Shown: piece by piece, positions 1-8,730 of the stretch
How the letters are laid out: each line of letters opens with the position of its first letter
How positions within the stretch are numbered: position 1 is the stretch's first letter
DNA from: Pseudomonas aeruginosa
Lineage (GTDB): Bacteria; Pseudomonadota; Gammaproteobacteria; Pseudomonadales; Pseudomonadaceae
Assembly: GCF_001457615.1 (NCBI RefSeq)
Contig: NZ_LN831024.1
Location: forward strand, 300,001 to 332,000
DNA length: 32,000 nucleotides
Direction: 5' to 3'
Program-made: the position numbers and the translations under genes
The notes under the pieces: model-generated
Databases searched by the model: none
What the model was told of the DNA's origin: nothing
Seen by the model: the letters and a program-made list of their open reading frames with translations, nothing else

Positions 1-443
1 TCGACCCGCACCGGCAACTGCCAGAGCGGCAGGGGTTGGCCTGGCGGGGGCGGCGGCACCTGGCGTTCCACCAGGTTGAGGAAGTCACGCAGGGCGCGGC
101 TCAGTTGCTGCGGGTAGCGCCAGGGCAGGTCCTCTTCGCGGGGGCCGTAGGCCGCGCCTTCACGGATGCGCGCCACCAGCGTCTTTTCGCCTTGCCGCAG
201 GAGCACCCCCTCGGGGGCGGCGGCGAGCGCGCGGTCGAGGCTGGCGAGGTCCTTCTCCAGTTGCGCCGCGTGCTGTTCCTGGAAACCCTCGCCGCGCAGC
301 AACAACAGGCTGCCCACCGCGCGACAGGCCTGGACCTGCAGTTGTTGCAGGGCGCGTTGCTGGTCGTCTAGGGCGGCGCGCGCCGGCAGCGCCAGCAACA
401 GGCAGCAAAGACAGAGGACAGCGAAAAGGGCAGGACGGAGCAT
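1..443 (-). CDS. Partial small exported protein (PA0274-like hypothetical), 3' end outside the window
   Basis: Reverse-strand frame open from ATG (CAT at 441-443) to the window edge; translation starts MLRPALFAVLCLCCLLLALPARAALDDQQRALQQLQ, a clear Sec-type signal peptide with AxA cleavage site. Confidence 0.7.
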   Translation of the reverse strand, partial: MLRPALFAVLCLCCLLLALPARAALDDQQRALQQLQVQACRAVGSLLLLRGEGFQEQHAAQLEKDLASLDRALAAAPEGVLLRQGEKTLVARIREGAAYGPREEDLPWRYPQQLSRALRDFLNLVERQVPPPPPGQPLPLWQLPVRV

Positions 444-551
444 GGGGAGATCCTGTTGTTGTCGTTATGGATATCCGCACCGAGGGCAGGTGCCCTGCAC
501 ACGGTAGCCGGCCATGGCGCGCCTGCAAGCGTTCGAAAGTGTGATTCGCGC

Positions 552-1238
552 TCAGCCGTGGGTGGCCGCGCGCAGGCCGGCGAGGTCGAGAATCTCGATG
601 CCGCCGTAGCTGAGCTGGAGGATGCCCTGGGCTTCGAGGTCCTTGAGGATCTGGTTGGTGGTCTGCCGCGACAACGACAGCATCAATGCCAACTGCTCCT
701 GCGGCAGGTGCAGGACCTGCCGGCTGCGGCTGTTGTCGTAGCCCTCGGCGAGCATCAGCAGGCGCCGCGCCAGGCGTTGTGCGGCCGGCAGCAGGGCCAT
801 CTCTTCCAGGGCGATGAATGCCAGGCGCAGCTTGTGGCTCATCAGCAGGGCCACGTCGCGCCAGTAGTGCGGCTCGCGGCGAAGCAGTTCGAGCAGCGCC
901 GCCTGCGGTACCTGGAGTAGCTGGGTGTGGCCTTCGGCGTAGGCATCGTGGGTGCGCGCCTGGCCGTCGAACAGGGCGATCTCGCCGAACCAGTGCGGCG
1001 CTTCCACCAGGATCAGCAGCGCCTCCTTGCCGTTCTCGCTGACCGCGCTGATACGGATCGCGCCCTCGACCACGCAGTACAGTCCGCAGGGCGCGTCGCC
1101 GCGGGCGAACAGGCGCTGGCCCGGCGGCAACTGGCGCGGTTGGGCGAGTGCCAGCAGGTGCGTCTGCAAGGCCTCCGGCAAACCCTGGAACCAGCGGCCG
1201 GCCTGGAGTTGCGAACGGTAGTCGGTACGCTCGTTCAT
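552..1238 (-). CDS. Crp/Fnr-family transcriptional regulator, 228 aa
   Basis: Translation has a cyclic-nucleotide-binding-like fold (WFGEIALFDGQARTHDA) and a C-terminal HTH (LSLSRQTTNQILKDLEAQGIL); no N-terminal FNR Cys cluster. Confidence 0.9.
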   Translation of the reverse strand: MNERTDYRSQLQAGRWFQGLPEALQTHLLALAQPRQLPPGQRLFARGDAPCGLYCVVEGAIRISAVSENGKEALLILVEAPHWFGEIALFDGQARTHDAYAEGHTQLLQVPQAALLELLRREPHYWRDVALLMSHKLRLAFIALEEMALLPAAQRLARRLLMLAEGYDNSRSRQVLHLPQEQLALMLSLSRQTTNQILKDLEAQGILQLSYGGIEILDLAGLRAATHG

Positions 1239-1313
1239 GTTTGTCGTCTAGCTGACAGAGTGGAAAACCGGGGCGGCGCGATGATGCGAGAACCCTGGCG
1301 TGAGACCACAACA

Positions 1314-1829
1314 ATGAAAACCCTAGTCGATCACCTTGCGCAATACGCCGCCTACCACCGCGACCGGCGCAACATCTTCAGCCATTTCATCGGCATTCCG
1401 ATGATCGTCCTCTCCATCGCCGTGTTGCTGGCGCGGCCGGCGCTGGGGTTCGGCCTGTCTCCGGCGCTGCTGCTGGCGCTCGCCGCGGCGCTGTTCTACC
1501 TGCGCCTGGACCTGCGCTTCGGCGTGGCCATGACGGCGCTGCTGGCGCTGACGGTGTGGGGCGCTGCGCAATTGGCGGCGGGGACTACCGCGGCCTGGCT
1601 GGGCTGGGGCGTCGGCCTGTTCGTGGTCGGCTGGATCATCCAGTTCGTCGGTCATTACTACGAAGGGCGCAAGCCGGCCTTCGTCGACGATCTCAGCGGG
1701 TTGATCGTCGGTCCGCTCTTCGTGCTGGCGGAACTGGCCTTTCTGCTGGGGCTGCGCGGCGACGTGCAGCGCGAGGTCGAGGAGCGCGCCGGCCCGACCT
1801 GCATTCGCGAGCACAAGCGGGCGGCGTGA
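1314..1829 (+). CDS. Mpo1-like / DUF962 membrane protein, 171 aa
   Basis: MKTLVDHLAQYAAYHRDRRNIFSHFIGIPMIVLSIAVLL..., YHRDxRNxxxHxxGIP motif, four predicted TM helices, Q(F)xGHxxxEgrkPA motif. Start chosen at 1314 rather than the longer ORF start. Confidence 0.85.
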   Translation: MKTLVDHLAQYAAYHRDRRNIFSHFIGIPMIVLSIAVLLARPALGFGLSPALLLALAAALFYLRLDLRFGVAMTALLALTVWGAAQLAAGTTAAWLGWGVGLFVVGWIIQFVGHYYEGRKPAFVDDLSGLIVGPLFVLAELAFLLGLRGDVQREVEERAGPTCIREHKRAA

Positions 1830-1868
1830 GGCGGTCTCCCGCGAGCGCGGGAGACCGGGGTGGGAGCG

Positions 1869-2627
1869 TTACTTGCGATCCGCAGCGATGCGCTGGCGGA
1901 TGTGATCGGCGCGGGCCTGGGAGCCCGGGTGCGAATCGAACATGCTGCTGTCGCCGCCGCCCAGCTTGGCCAGCTTCTCGAAGGCGGTGACCAAGCCCTG
2001 GGTGTTCACTCCGCGCTTCTTCAGTAGCTCGTAGGAGAAATCGTCGGCGTCGGATTCCTGGGACTGGGAGAACTGCGCGTTGACCAGCGATTCGGTGAGT
2101 TCGCCCAGCTGGGAGCCGGACAGGGCGGCCAGCGCGCCGCTCTTCGAGGCGCCGGCGGCGCCGCGCACCGCGGCGGCCGCGTAGGCGGTCTGGGCGGCCT
2201 TGCGGGTGTGGCCGAGGGCGACGTGGCCCATCTCGTGGCCGAGCACGCCTTCGATCTCGTTGTCGCTCATCAGCTCCATCAGCCCGCTGTAGACGCGGAT
2301 GCAGCCGTTGGCCATGGCCCAGGCGTTGACCTCCTCGGTGAGGTAGACCTTGTAGTTCACCGGCACGCCGTCGATCTGGTCGCCCAGGGCCTTGGCGATC
2401 TTGTCCAGGCGCTGGCCGTACTTGCTGTTGGCCGGGGCGATGCGGTTTTGCTGGTCGGACTCGGCGCAGGCCTGGTCGGCGACCTGGCGGACCTCGGCGT
2501 CGCTCAGGGTTGCAGCCTTCACCGCCATCATGCTGTGCTGCATGAGGTCCCCCTGGGGCAGGTTCTGGCAGCCGGCCAGGGTGGCGCAGGCGAGGGCCAG
2601 GGCGGAAAGGGAAAGACGGGTCTTCAT
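1869..2627 (-). CDS. M48-family metallopeptidase, predicted lipoprotein, 252 aa
   Basis: Lipobox CATLAGC near the N-terminus and the zinc-protease motif HEMGH in EGVLGHEMGHVALGHTRKA. Confidence 0.9.
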   Translation of the reverse strand: MKTRLSLSALALACATLAGCQNLPQGDLMQHSMMAVKAATLSDAEVRQVADQACAESDQQNRIAPANSKYGQRLDKIAKALGDQIDGVPVNYKVYLTEEVNAWAMANGCIRVYSGLMELMSDNEIEGVLGHEMGHVALGHTRKAAQTAYAAAAVRGAAGASKSGALAALSGSQLGELTESLVNAQFSQSQESDADDFSYELLKKRGVNTQGLVTAFEKLAKLGGGDSSMFDSHPGSQARADHIRQRIAADRK

Positions 2628-2798
2628 CGTATGCTCCTTGCGATAGGTGGCGTTCCGTGCCGGACGGGCGTGTTCCGCCCGGTGCCGCGCGCCCGGTGGG
2701 GGTCGCGCGGCGGCGGATGATAGCGGCTTGTGCCGTTCGTCGGAAGTCCCGCGAAGGCCGCAGGCCCGCCCTGGCGGGTGCGCAATGCGTCCCTGGCG

Positions 2799-3551
2799 TC
2801 AGTGGAAACCGCGCCAGGCGAGGTCGGCGCCGAGCAGCAGGAGACCGACGAAGAAGCAGCGCCTGAACAGCGTCGCGCTGATCCGCTGGCGCAGCCACTG
2901 GCCGAGGAGCATCCCGCCCAGCGCCGGGACCAGGGTCAGCAGCGAGGCGCCGAGCATCTGCGGTTCGAGCAGGTCGCCATGCACGCCGAGAGTGACCGCC
3001 AGGGCCAGGGTCGAGGCGCTGAACGACAGGCCGAGGGCCTGGACCAGTTCGTCGCGCTGCAATCCTAGGGCTCCCAGGTAGGGCACCGCGGGAATCACGA
3101 AAACCCCGGTGACCGCGGTCAGCGCGCCGGTCGCCAGCCCGACCAGCGGGCCGGCCCAGGGCTCGTGGCGTGCCGGCAGGTGCAGCGGGATCGCGGCCAG
3201 GCCGAGCAGCGCGTAGGCCGCCAGGGCCAGGCCGAGCACGCCGGTGGCCTGCCTTGGCGCGTCGCCGCCGAGCCATGCGCCGACCAGCAGGGTGCCCACG
3301 ACCACCCCGAACAGCAGGCCGGCCAGGCGCTTCATCAAGCCGAGGAAGCGCGGGCCGCAGGCGAGCTGCCAGAGGTTGGTCACCATCGACGGTACGATCA
3401 GCAGCGCCGCCGCCTGCATCGGCGGCATGGCCAGGCCGAGCAGGCCCACCGAGACCGTCGGCAGGCCCAGGCCGACCACGCCCTTGACGAAGCCGGCGAG
3501 AAGGAAGGTGAGGGCGATCAGCGGGATCAGGGCGTGGAGGTCGACGGACAT
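2799..3551 (-). CDS. TauE/SafE-family permease, 250 aa
   Basis: MSVDLHALIPLIALTFLLAGFVKGVVGLGLPTVSVGLLGLAMPPMQAAALLIVPSMVTNLWQ... is typical of the family; start placed at 3551, since the 466-aa ORF extension to 4199 overlaps the divergent regulator gene. Confidence 0.88.
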   Translation of the reverse strand: MSVDLHALIPLIALTFLLAGFVKGVVGLGLPTVSVGLLGLAMPPMQAAALLIVPSMVTNLWQLACGPRFLGLMKRLAGLLFGVVVGTLLVGAWLGGDAPRQATGVLGLALAAYALLGLAAIPLHLPARHEPWAGPLVGLATGALTAVTGVFVIPAVPYLGALGLQRDELVQALGLSFSASTLALAVTLGVHGDLLEPQMLGASLLTLVPALGGMLLGQWLRQRISATLFRRCFFVGLLLLGADLAWRGFH

Positions 3552-3644
3552 GCGGGTTCTTCCTTGTCTCGGGCTGGCGCGAGCGGGCGATGGCGGCCAG
3601 TATCTCTCGTCGTCGACAGGCAATGTTTCATCCGGAGGTGAAGC

Positions 3645-4343
3645 ATGCAATTCAATCCCGGCTTCAGTTCGCTGGCGGCGCTGCTCGCCGATCCCGGCCG
3701 CGCGCAGATGATCTGGGCACTGATGGATGGCAGCGCCCGCCCGGCCAGCGAGCTGGCGCTGCTGGCAGGCGTCTCGCCGTCCTCCGCCAGCGGCCACCTG
3801 GGACGGCTGGTCGAGGGCGGCGTGCTGAGCCTGGAGGCGCGCGGGCGCAATCGCTTCTATCGCCTGGCCGGGCCGGAAGTGGGGCAGGCGGTGGAAGCGC
3901 TGGCCAGCGCCTCCCTGGCCCTGCAGCCGCAGCGGCGCAGCCTGCCGCCGAGCCACGGCACGCCGTCGGCGTTGCGCGAGGCGCGGACCTGCTACGACCA
4001 CCTGGCCGGCGAACTCGCGGTCGGTGTGTTCGCACGGATGCTGGATGCCGGCTGGATCGAGCAGGAGGGCAGGACGCTGCGCCTGAGCGCGACCGGCGAG
4101 GCCGGGCTGGCCGGGTTGGGGATCGACCTGGCGGAGGTCCGCCGCCGCCGTCGGCAGTTCGCCTGCGCCTGCCCCGACTGGAGCGAACGCAAGCCGCACC
4201 TCGGCGGCGCGCTGGGGGCGGCGTTGCTGGAGGCCTGTCTGCGCCAGGGCTGGTTGCGGCCGCAGGACGGCTCGCGGGCGTTGCAGGTGTCGTCGAAGGG
4301 CCGCGCGGGACTGCGCGGCCTGGCGGAGCGCACGGCGGGCTGA
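3645..4343 (+). CDS. ArsR-like winged-helix regulator, 232 aa
   Basis: N-terminal wHTH (ALMDGSARPASELALLAGVSPSSASGHLGRLVEGGVLSLEARGRNRFYRLAG). RBS CCGGAGGTGAAGC precedes the ATG. Confidence 0.85.
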   Translation: MQFNPGFSSLAALLADPGRAQMIWALMDGSARPASELALLAGVSPSSASGHLGRLVEGGVLSLEARGRNRFYRLAGPEVGQAVEALASASLALQPQRRSLPPSHGTPSALREARTCYDHLAGELAVGVFARMLDAGWIEQEGRTLRLSATGEAGLAGLGIDLAEVRRRRRQFACACPDWSERKPHLGGALGAALLEACLRQGWLRPQDGSRALQVSSKGRAGLRGLAERTAG

Positions 4344-4356
4344 ACCCGCCGCGGGA

Positions 4357-5346
<990 letters not shown>

Positions 5347-5349
5347 GGT

Positions 5350-6219
5350 TCATTCCTCGTCAGCATTGCTTTTCAGTCGGGACATGCGGGATTCGCTCCA
5401 CTGCTTGAGCAGAAGGATGACCAGCGCCATCAGCAGCAACAGGCTGGCGACGCTGAAGGCGGCGACGTGGTTGTATTCGTTGTAGAGGATCTCGACGTGC
5501 AGCGGCAGGGTGTTGGTGACGCCGCGGATGTGTCCGGAAACCACCGACACCGCGCCGAACTCGCCCATCGCCCGGGCGGTGCAGAGCACCACGCCGTAGA
5601 TCAGGCCCCACTTGATGTTCGGCAGGGTCACGTGCCAGAACATCTGCCAGCCGTTGGCGCCGAGCAGGCGGGCGGCTTCCTCCTCCTGGGTTCCCTGCTC
5701 CTGCATCAGTGGGATCAGCTCGCGGGCGACGAAGGGCACGGTGACGAAGAGGGTCGCCAGGACGATGCCGGGCACCGCGAAGACGATCTGGATGTCGTGG
5801 TCGCTCAGCCATTCGCCGAAGTAGCCCTGGGCGCCGAACAACAGCACGTAGATCAGGCCGGCGATCACCGGCGAGACCGAGAACGGCAGGTCGATCAGGG
5901 TCACCAGGATGCTCTTGCCGCGAAACTCGAACTTGCTCACGCACCAGGCGGCGGCGACACCGAACAGCAGGTTGAGCGGCACCGAGATGGCCACCGCGAT
6001 CAGGGTCAGCTTCAGCGCGGCCAGCGCGTCGGGTTCGAGGATCGCCTCGAAGAAGGTGCCGAAACCCTGCTTCAGCGCCTCGCTCAGGACCACGTAGAGC
6101 GGCAGCAGGAGGAACAGGGCGAAGACCAGCCAGGCCAGGACGATCAGGGCCAGGCGGCCGCCGGCGTTGCCGCGGCGGGAGGCGCTGGCGGTGGCAGCGG
6201 AAATGCTTGCACTGGACAT
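5350..6219 (-). CDS. cysW: Sulfate ABC transporter permease CysW, 289 aa
   Basis: Binding-protein-dependent permease sequence ([56 protein letters not shown]) in operon context. Confidence 0.96.
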   Translation of the reverse strand: MSSASISAATASASRRGNAGGRLALIVLAWLVFALFLLLPLYVVLSEALKQGFGTFFEAILEPDALAALKLTLIAVAISVPLNLLFGVAAAWCVSKFEFRGKSILVTLIDLPFSVSPVIAGLIYVLLFGAQGYFGEWLSDHDIQIVFAVPGIVLATLFVTVPFVARELIPLMQEQGTQEEEAARLLGANGWQMFWHVTLPNIKWGLIYGVVLCTARAMGEFGAVSVVSGHIRGVTNTLPLHVEILYNEYNHVAAFSVASLLLLMALVILLLKQWSESRMSRLKSNADEE

Positions 6220-6229
6220 GGCGCCCTCC

Positions 6230-7048
6230 TTACGGGGTTTCGATGCGACGCTGCAGCAGGTTGATCAGCAGCAGCAGGATGAAGGACACCACCAGCATCA
6301 GCACGCCGATGGCGGTGGCGCCGGTGTAGTCGTACTGGTCCAGCTTGACCATGATCAGCAGCGGCAGGATCTCGGTCTTCATCGGCATGTTGCCGGCGAT
6401 GAAGATCACCGAGCCGTATTCGCCGACGCCCCGGGCGAAGGCCAGGGCGAAACCGGTCAGCCAGGCCGGCAGCAGCGCCGGCACGAGGATATGGCGGAAC
6501 ACCTGCAGCGGCCTGGCGCCGAGGCAGGCGGCGGCTTCCTCGACTTCCTTGGGAATGTCGGCGAGCACCGGCTGCACCGTGCGGACCACGAACGGCAGGG
6601 TCACGAAAGTCAGCGCCAGGGTGATCCCCAGGGGGGTATAGGCGATCTTGAAGCCGAGGTCGCTGGCGAACTGGCCGACCAGGCCGGCCGGCGCATAGAG
6701 CGCGGTGAGGGCGATACCGGCGACGGCGGTGGGCAGGGCGAAGGGCAGGTCGATCATGGCATCGATGATCTTCCGTCCGGGGAATTCGTAGCGCACCAGG
6801 ACCCAGGCCAGCAGCGTGCCGATCAAGCCGTTGAGCACGGCGGCGGCGAGCGCGGTGCCGAAGCTCAGCTTGAGCGCGGCGAGCACCCGCGGCGCGCTGA
6901 TGATGGCCCAGAATTGCTCCCAGCTGAGCTGGGTGGTCTTGAGGAACATGGCCCCCAGCGGGATCAGGACCAGCAGGCTGAGGTACACCAGGGTGTATCC
7001 CAGGGTCAGCCCGAAGCCGGGTATGACCGGGGAAATGCGTCGTGACAT
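6230..7048 (-). CDS. cysT: Sulfate ABC transporter permease CysT (CysU), 272 aa
   Basis: [35 protein letters not shown]..., EAA loop [33 protein letters not shown]; adjacent to cysW. Confidence 0.96.
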   Translation of the reverse strand: MSRRISPVIPGFGLTLGYTLVYLSLLVLIPLGAMFLKTTQLSWEQFWAIISAPRVLAALKLSFGTALAAAVLNGLIGTLLAWVLVRYEFPGRKIIDAMIDLPFALPTAVAGIALTALYAPAGLVGQFASDLGFKIAYTPLGITLALTFVTLPFVVRTVQPVLADIPKEVEEAAACLGARPLQVFRHILVPALLPAWLTGFALAFARGVGEYGSVIFIAGNMPMKTEILPLLIMVKLDQYDYTGATAIGVLMLVVSFILLLLINLLQRRIETP

Positions 7049-7110
7049 GTTCTGTCCTTACTCTGCGTTGGAACGCTTGGTGGCTCTCCCGGTGCCGGTT
7101 CCTTCCGGCA

Positions 7111-7180
7111 GTGGGCCCGGTACGGGACCGGGCCTGCTAGCCCCCTCGCCCGTCCGGGAGAGGGTCTGGGAGAGGGGCCG
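7111..7180. repeat. GC-rich stem-loop region between sbp and cysT
   Basis: GGCCCGGT(7114-7121)-acggg-ACCGGGCC(7127-7134) perfect 8-bp stem, followed by ccccctcgcccgtccgggagagggtctgggagagggg, a second CCCTC/GAGGG-type dyad. Confidence 0.6.
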
Positions 7181-7209
7181 TGGTTCGGGCGACGGGTCTG
7201 CCGTCGCGA

Positions 7210-8208
7210 TCATTGCGCCTGGTAGATCTGGTCGAAGATGCCCCCGTCGTTGAAGAACTTTGGCTGGGCCGTCTTCCAGCCGCCGAAATCGGAGTCGACG
7301 GTGACCAGGTTCAGTTTCGGGAACTGCGTGGCGAACTCGGCGGCGACCTTCTGGTTGCGCGGCCGGTAGAAGTTCTGCGCGGCGATGCGCTGGCCTTCCT
7401 CGCTGTACAGGTATTGCAGGTAGGCCTCGGCGACCTTGCGGGTGCCTTTCTTCTCGACCACCTTGTCGACCACCGCGACCGGCGGTTCGGCAAGGATGGA
7501 GATGGAGGGTACGACGATCTCGAAGTTTTCCCCGCCCTGTTCCTTCTTCGCCAGGAACGCCTCGTTCTCCCAGGCCAGCAGCACGTCGCCGATCTGGTTG
7601 TTGACGAAGGTGATGGTCGAGCCGCGGGCGCCGGTGTCGAGTACCGGTACGTGCTTGTACAGCGCCTGCACGTAGTCCTTGGCCTTCTCGTCGCTGCCGT
7701 ACTGCTTCTTCGCCCAGGCCCAGGCGGCGAGGAAGTTCCAGCGCGCGCCGCCGGAGGTCTTCGGGTTCGGCGTGATGACTTCCACGCCTTCCTTGGTCAG
7801 GTCGCCCCAGTCCTTGATTCCCTTGGGGTTGCCCTTGCGCACCAGGAACACGATGGTCGAGGTGTAGGGGGTGCTGTTGTCCGGCAGGCGTGCCTGCCAG
7901 TCGGCCGGCAGCAGCTTGCCGAGCTTGTGCAGTTCGTCGATGTCGCCGGCCAGGGCCAGGGTCACCACGTCGGCCTTGAGCCCGTCGATCACCGCGCGGG
8001 CCTGCTTGCCGGAGCCGCCGTGGGACTGCTGGACGGTCAGGTCCTCGCCGCCCTGGGCCTTCCAGTGCTTGATGAAGGCCGCGTTGTAGGCCTGGTACAG
8101 CTCGCGGGTCGGGTCGTAGGAAACGTTCAGCAGTTGCGTGGCTGCGGCAACCGGGCCGGAGACCAGGGCGCTGGCGAGTGCGGCCAGGGCGAAACGACGA
8201 AGGGACAT
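7210..8208 (-). CDS. sbp: Periplasmic sulfate-binding protein, 332 aa
   Basis: Signal peptide ([25 protein letters not shown]) and typical Sbp sequence ([50 protein letters not shown]). Confidence 0.97.
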   Translation of the reverse strand: MSLRRFALAALASALVSGPVAAATQLLNVSYDPTRELYQAYNAAFIKHWKAQGGEDLTVQQSHGGSGKQARAVIDGLKADVVTLALAGDIDELHKLGKLLPADWQARLPDNSTPYTSTIVFLVRKGNPKGIKDWGDLTKEGVEVITPNPKTSGGARWNFLAAWAWAKKQYGSDEKAKDYVQALYKHVPVLDTGARGSTITFVNNQIGDVLLAWENEAFLAKKEQGGENFEIVVPSISILAEPPVAVVDKVVEKKGTRKVAEAYLQYLYSEEGQRIAAQNFYRPRNQKVAAEFATQFPKLNLVTVDSDFGGWKTAQPKFFNDGGIFDQIYQAQ

Positions 8209-8280
8209 GTGCAGCTCCTAGGTGTGTGCTGTTTCGATTGTTCTAATGGGGTGTTGGCGGAACGACGGGAACACGGGGCG

Positions 8281-8346
8281 TCAGGCGCGCATTCGCGGCC
8301 GACAGCTGCAGTACCGGTGCGGATGGGGTATCGAACGGATGTTCAT
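8281..8346 (-). CDS. Candidate 21-aa leader peptide between oscA-like gene and sbp
   Basis: Not in the supplied ORF track because of size. Reverse strand reads GGAGGCGTCTCGCC-ATG...TGA = MNIRSIPHPHRYCSCRPRMRA. Good SD spacing, Cys-Ser-Cys motif, located 72 nt upstream of the sbp start. Confidence 0.5.
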   Translation of the reverse strand: MNIRSIPHPHRYCSCRPRMRA

Positions 8347-8384
8347 GGCGAGACGCCTCCGGTGGTCCAGTCGGGTCGTGTGCT

Positions 8385-8567
8385 TCAGGCCTGCTTGACG
8401 GCCGGTTGCTGCAGACGGAATTTTTCCTTGCGCTCGATCTGCACCACCTGGCCGTTGTGCACGGTGATCTCGACGGCGCCGAAGCGCAGGCCGCGCAGGG
8501 CACTCTGGATTTCACGCAGGATGGTGGCTTCGTCCTGGCCATCCAGGCTTCTGAGGGTTGCGCTCAT
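8385..8567 (-). CDS. oscA: Small OscA/YezD-like (DUF2292) protein, 60 aa
   Basis: MSATLRSLDGQDEATILREIQSALRGLRFGAVEITVHNGQVVQIERKEKFRLQQPAVKQA; typical DUF2292 core (GxVEITVHxGxVVQIERKEKxR) next to sbp. Start placed at 8567, not at the ORF-track start 8633. Confidence 0.85.
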   Translation of the reverse strand: MSATLRSLDGQDEATILREIQSALRGLRFGAVEITVHNGQVVQIERKEKFRLQQPAVKQA

Positions 8568-8650
8568 GGGTCTCTGCTCCTGTGGCTCGAGGTGCCGCGT
8601 TGCTCGACGAAGTGGAGGCGGCGTGAGGCGCATAGTAAGCAGTGGGCAAT

Positions 8651-8675
8651 ATTCTTAAAAATATTGTTTAAGAAT
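8651..8675. promoter_or_regulatory. Perfect inverted repeat upstream of the oscA-sbp-cysTWA unit
   Basis: ATTCTTAAA(8651-8659)-aatattg-TTTAAGAAT(8667-8675), within an AT-rich patch of about 55 bp in otherwise GC-rich sequence. Confidence 0.5.
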
Positions 8676-8730
8676 CTTTATAGGTAAAGTGGTTATAAGA
8701 CGGCGAAGCGGCCCGGCTTCGCCGCCAGGC

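Noticed and set aside
160-1314. 384-aa plus-strand ORF antisense to the Crp/Fnr gene
   Set aside because: Arg/Pro/Ala-rich frame typical of GC shadow, overlaps well-supported genes on the other strand.
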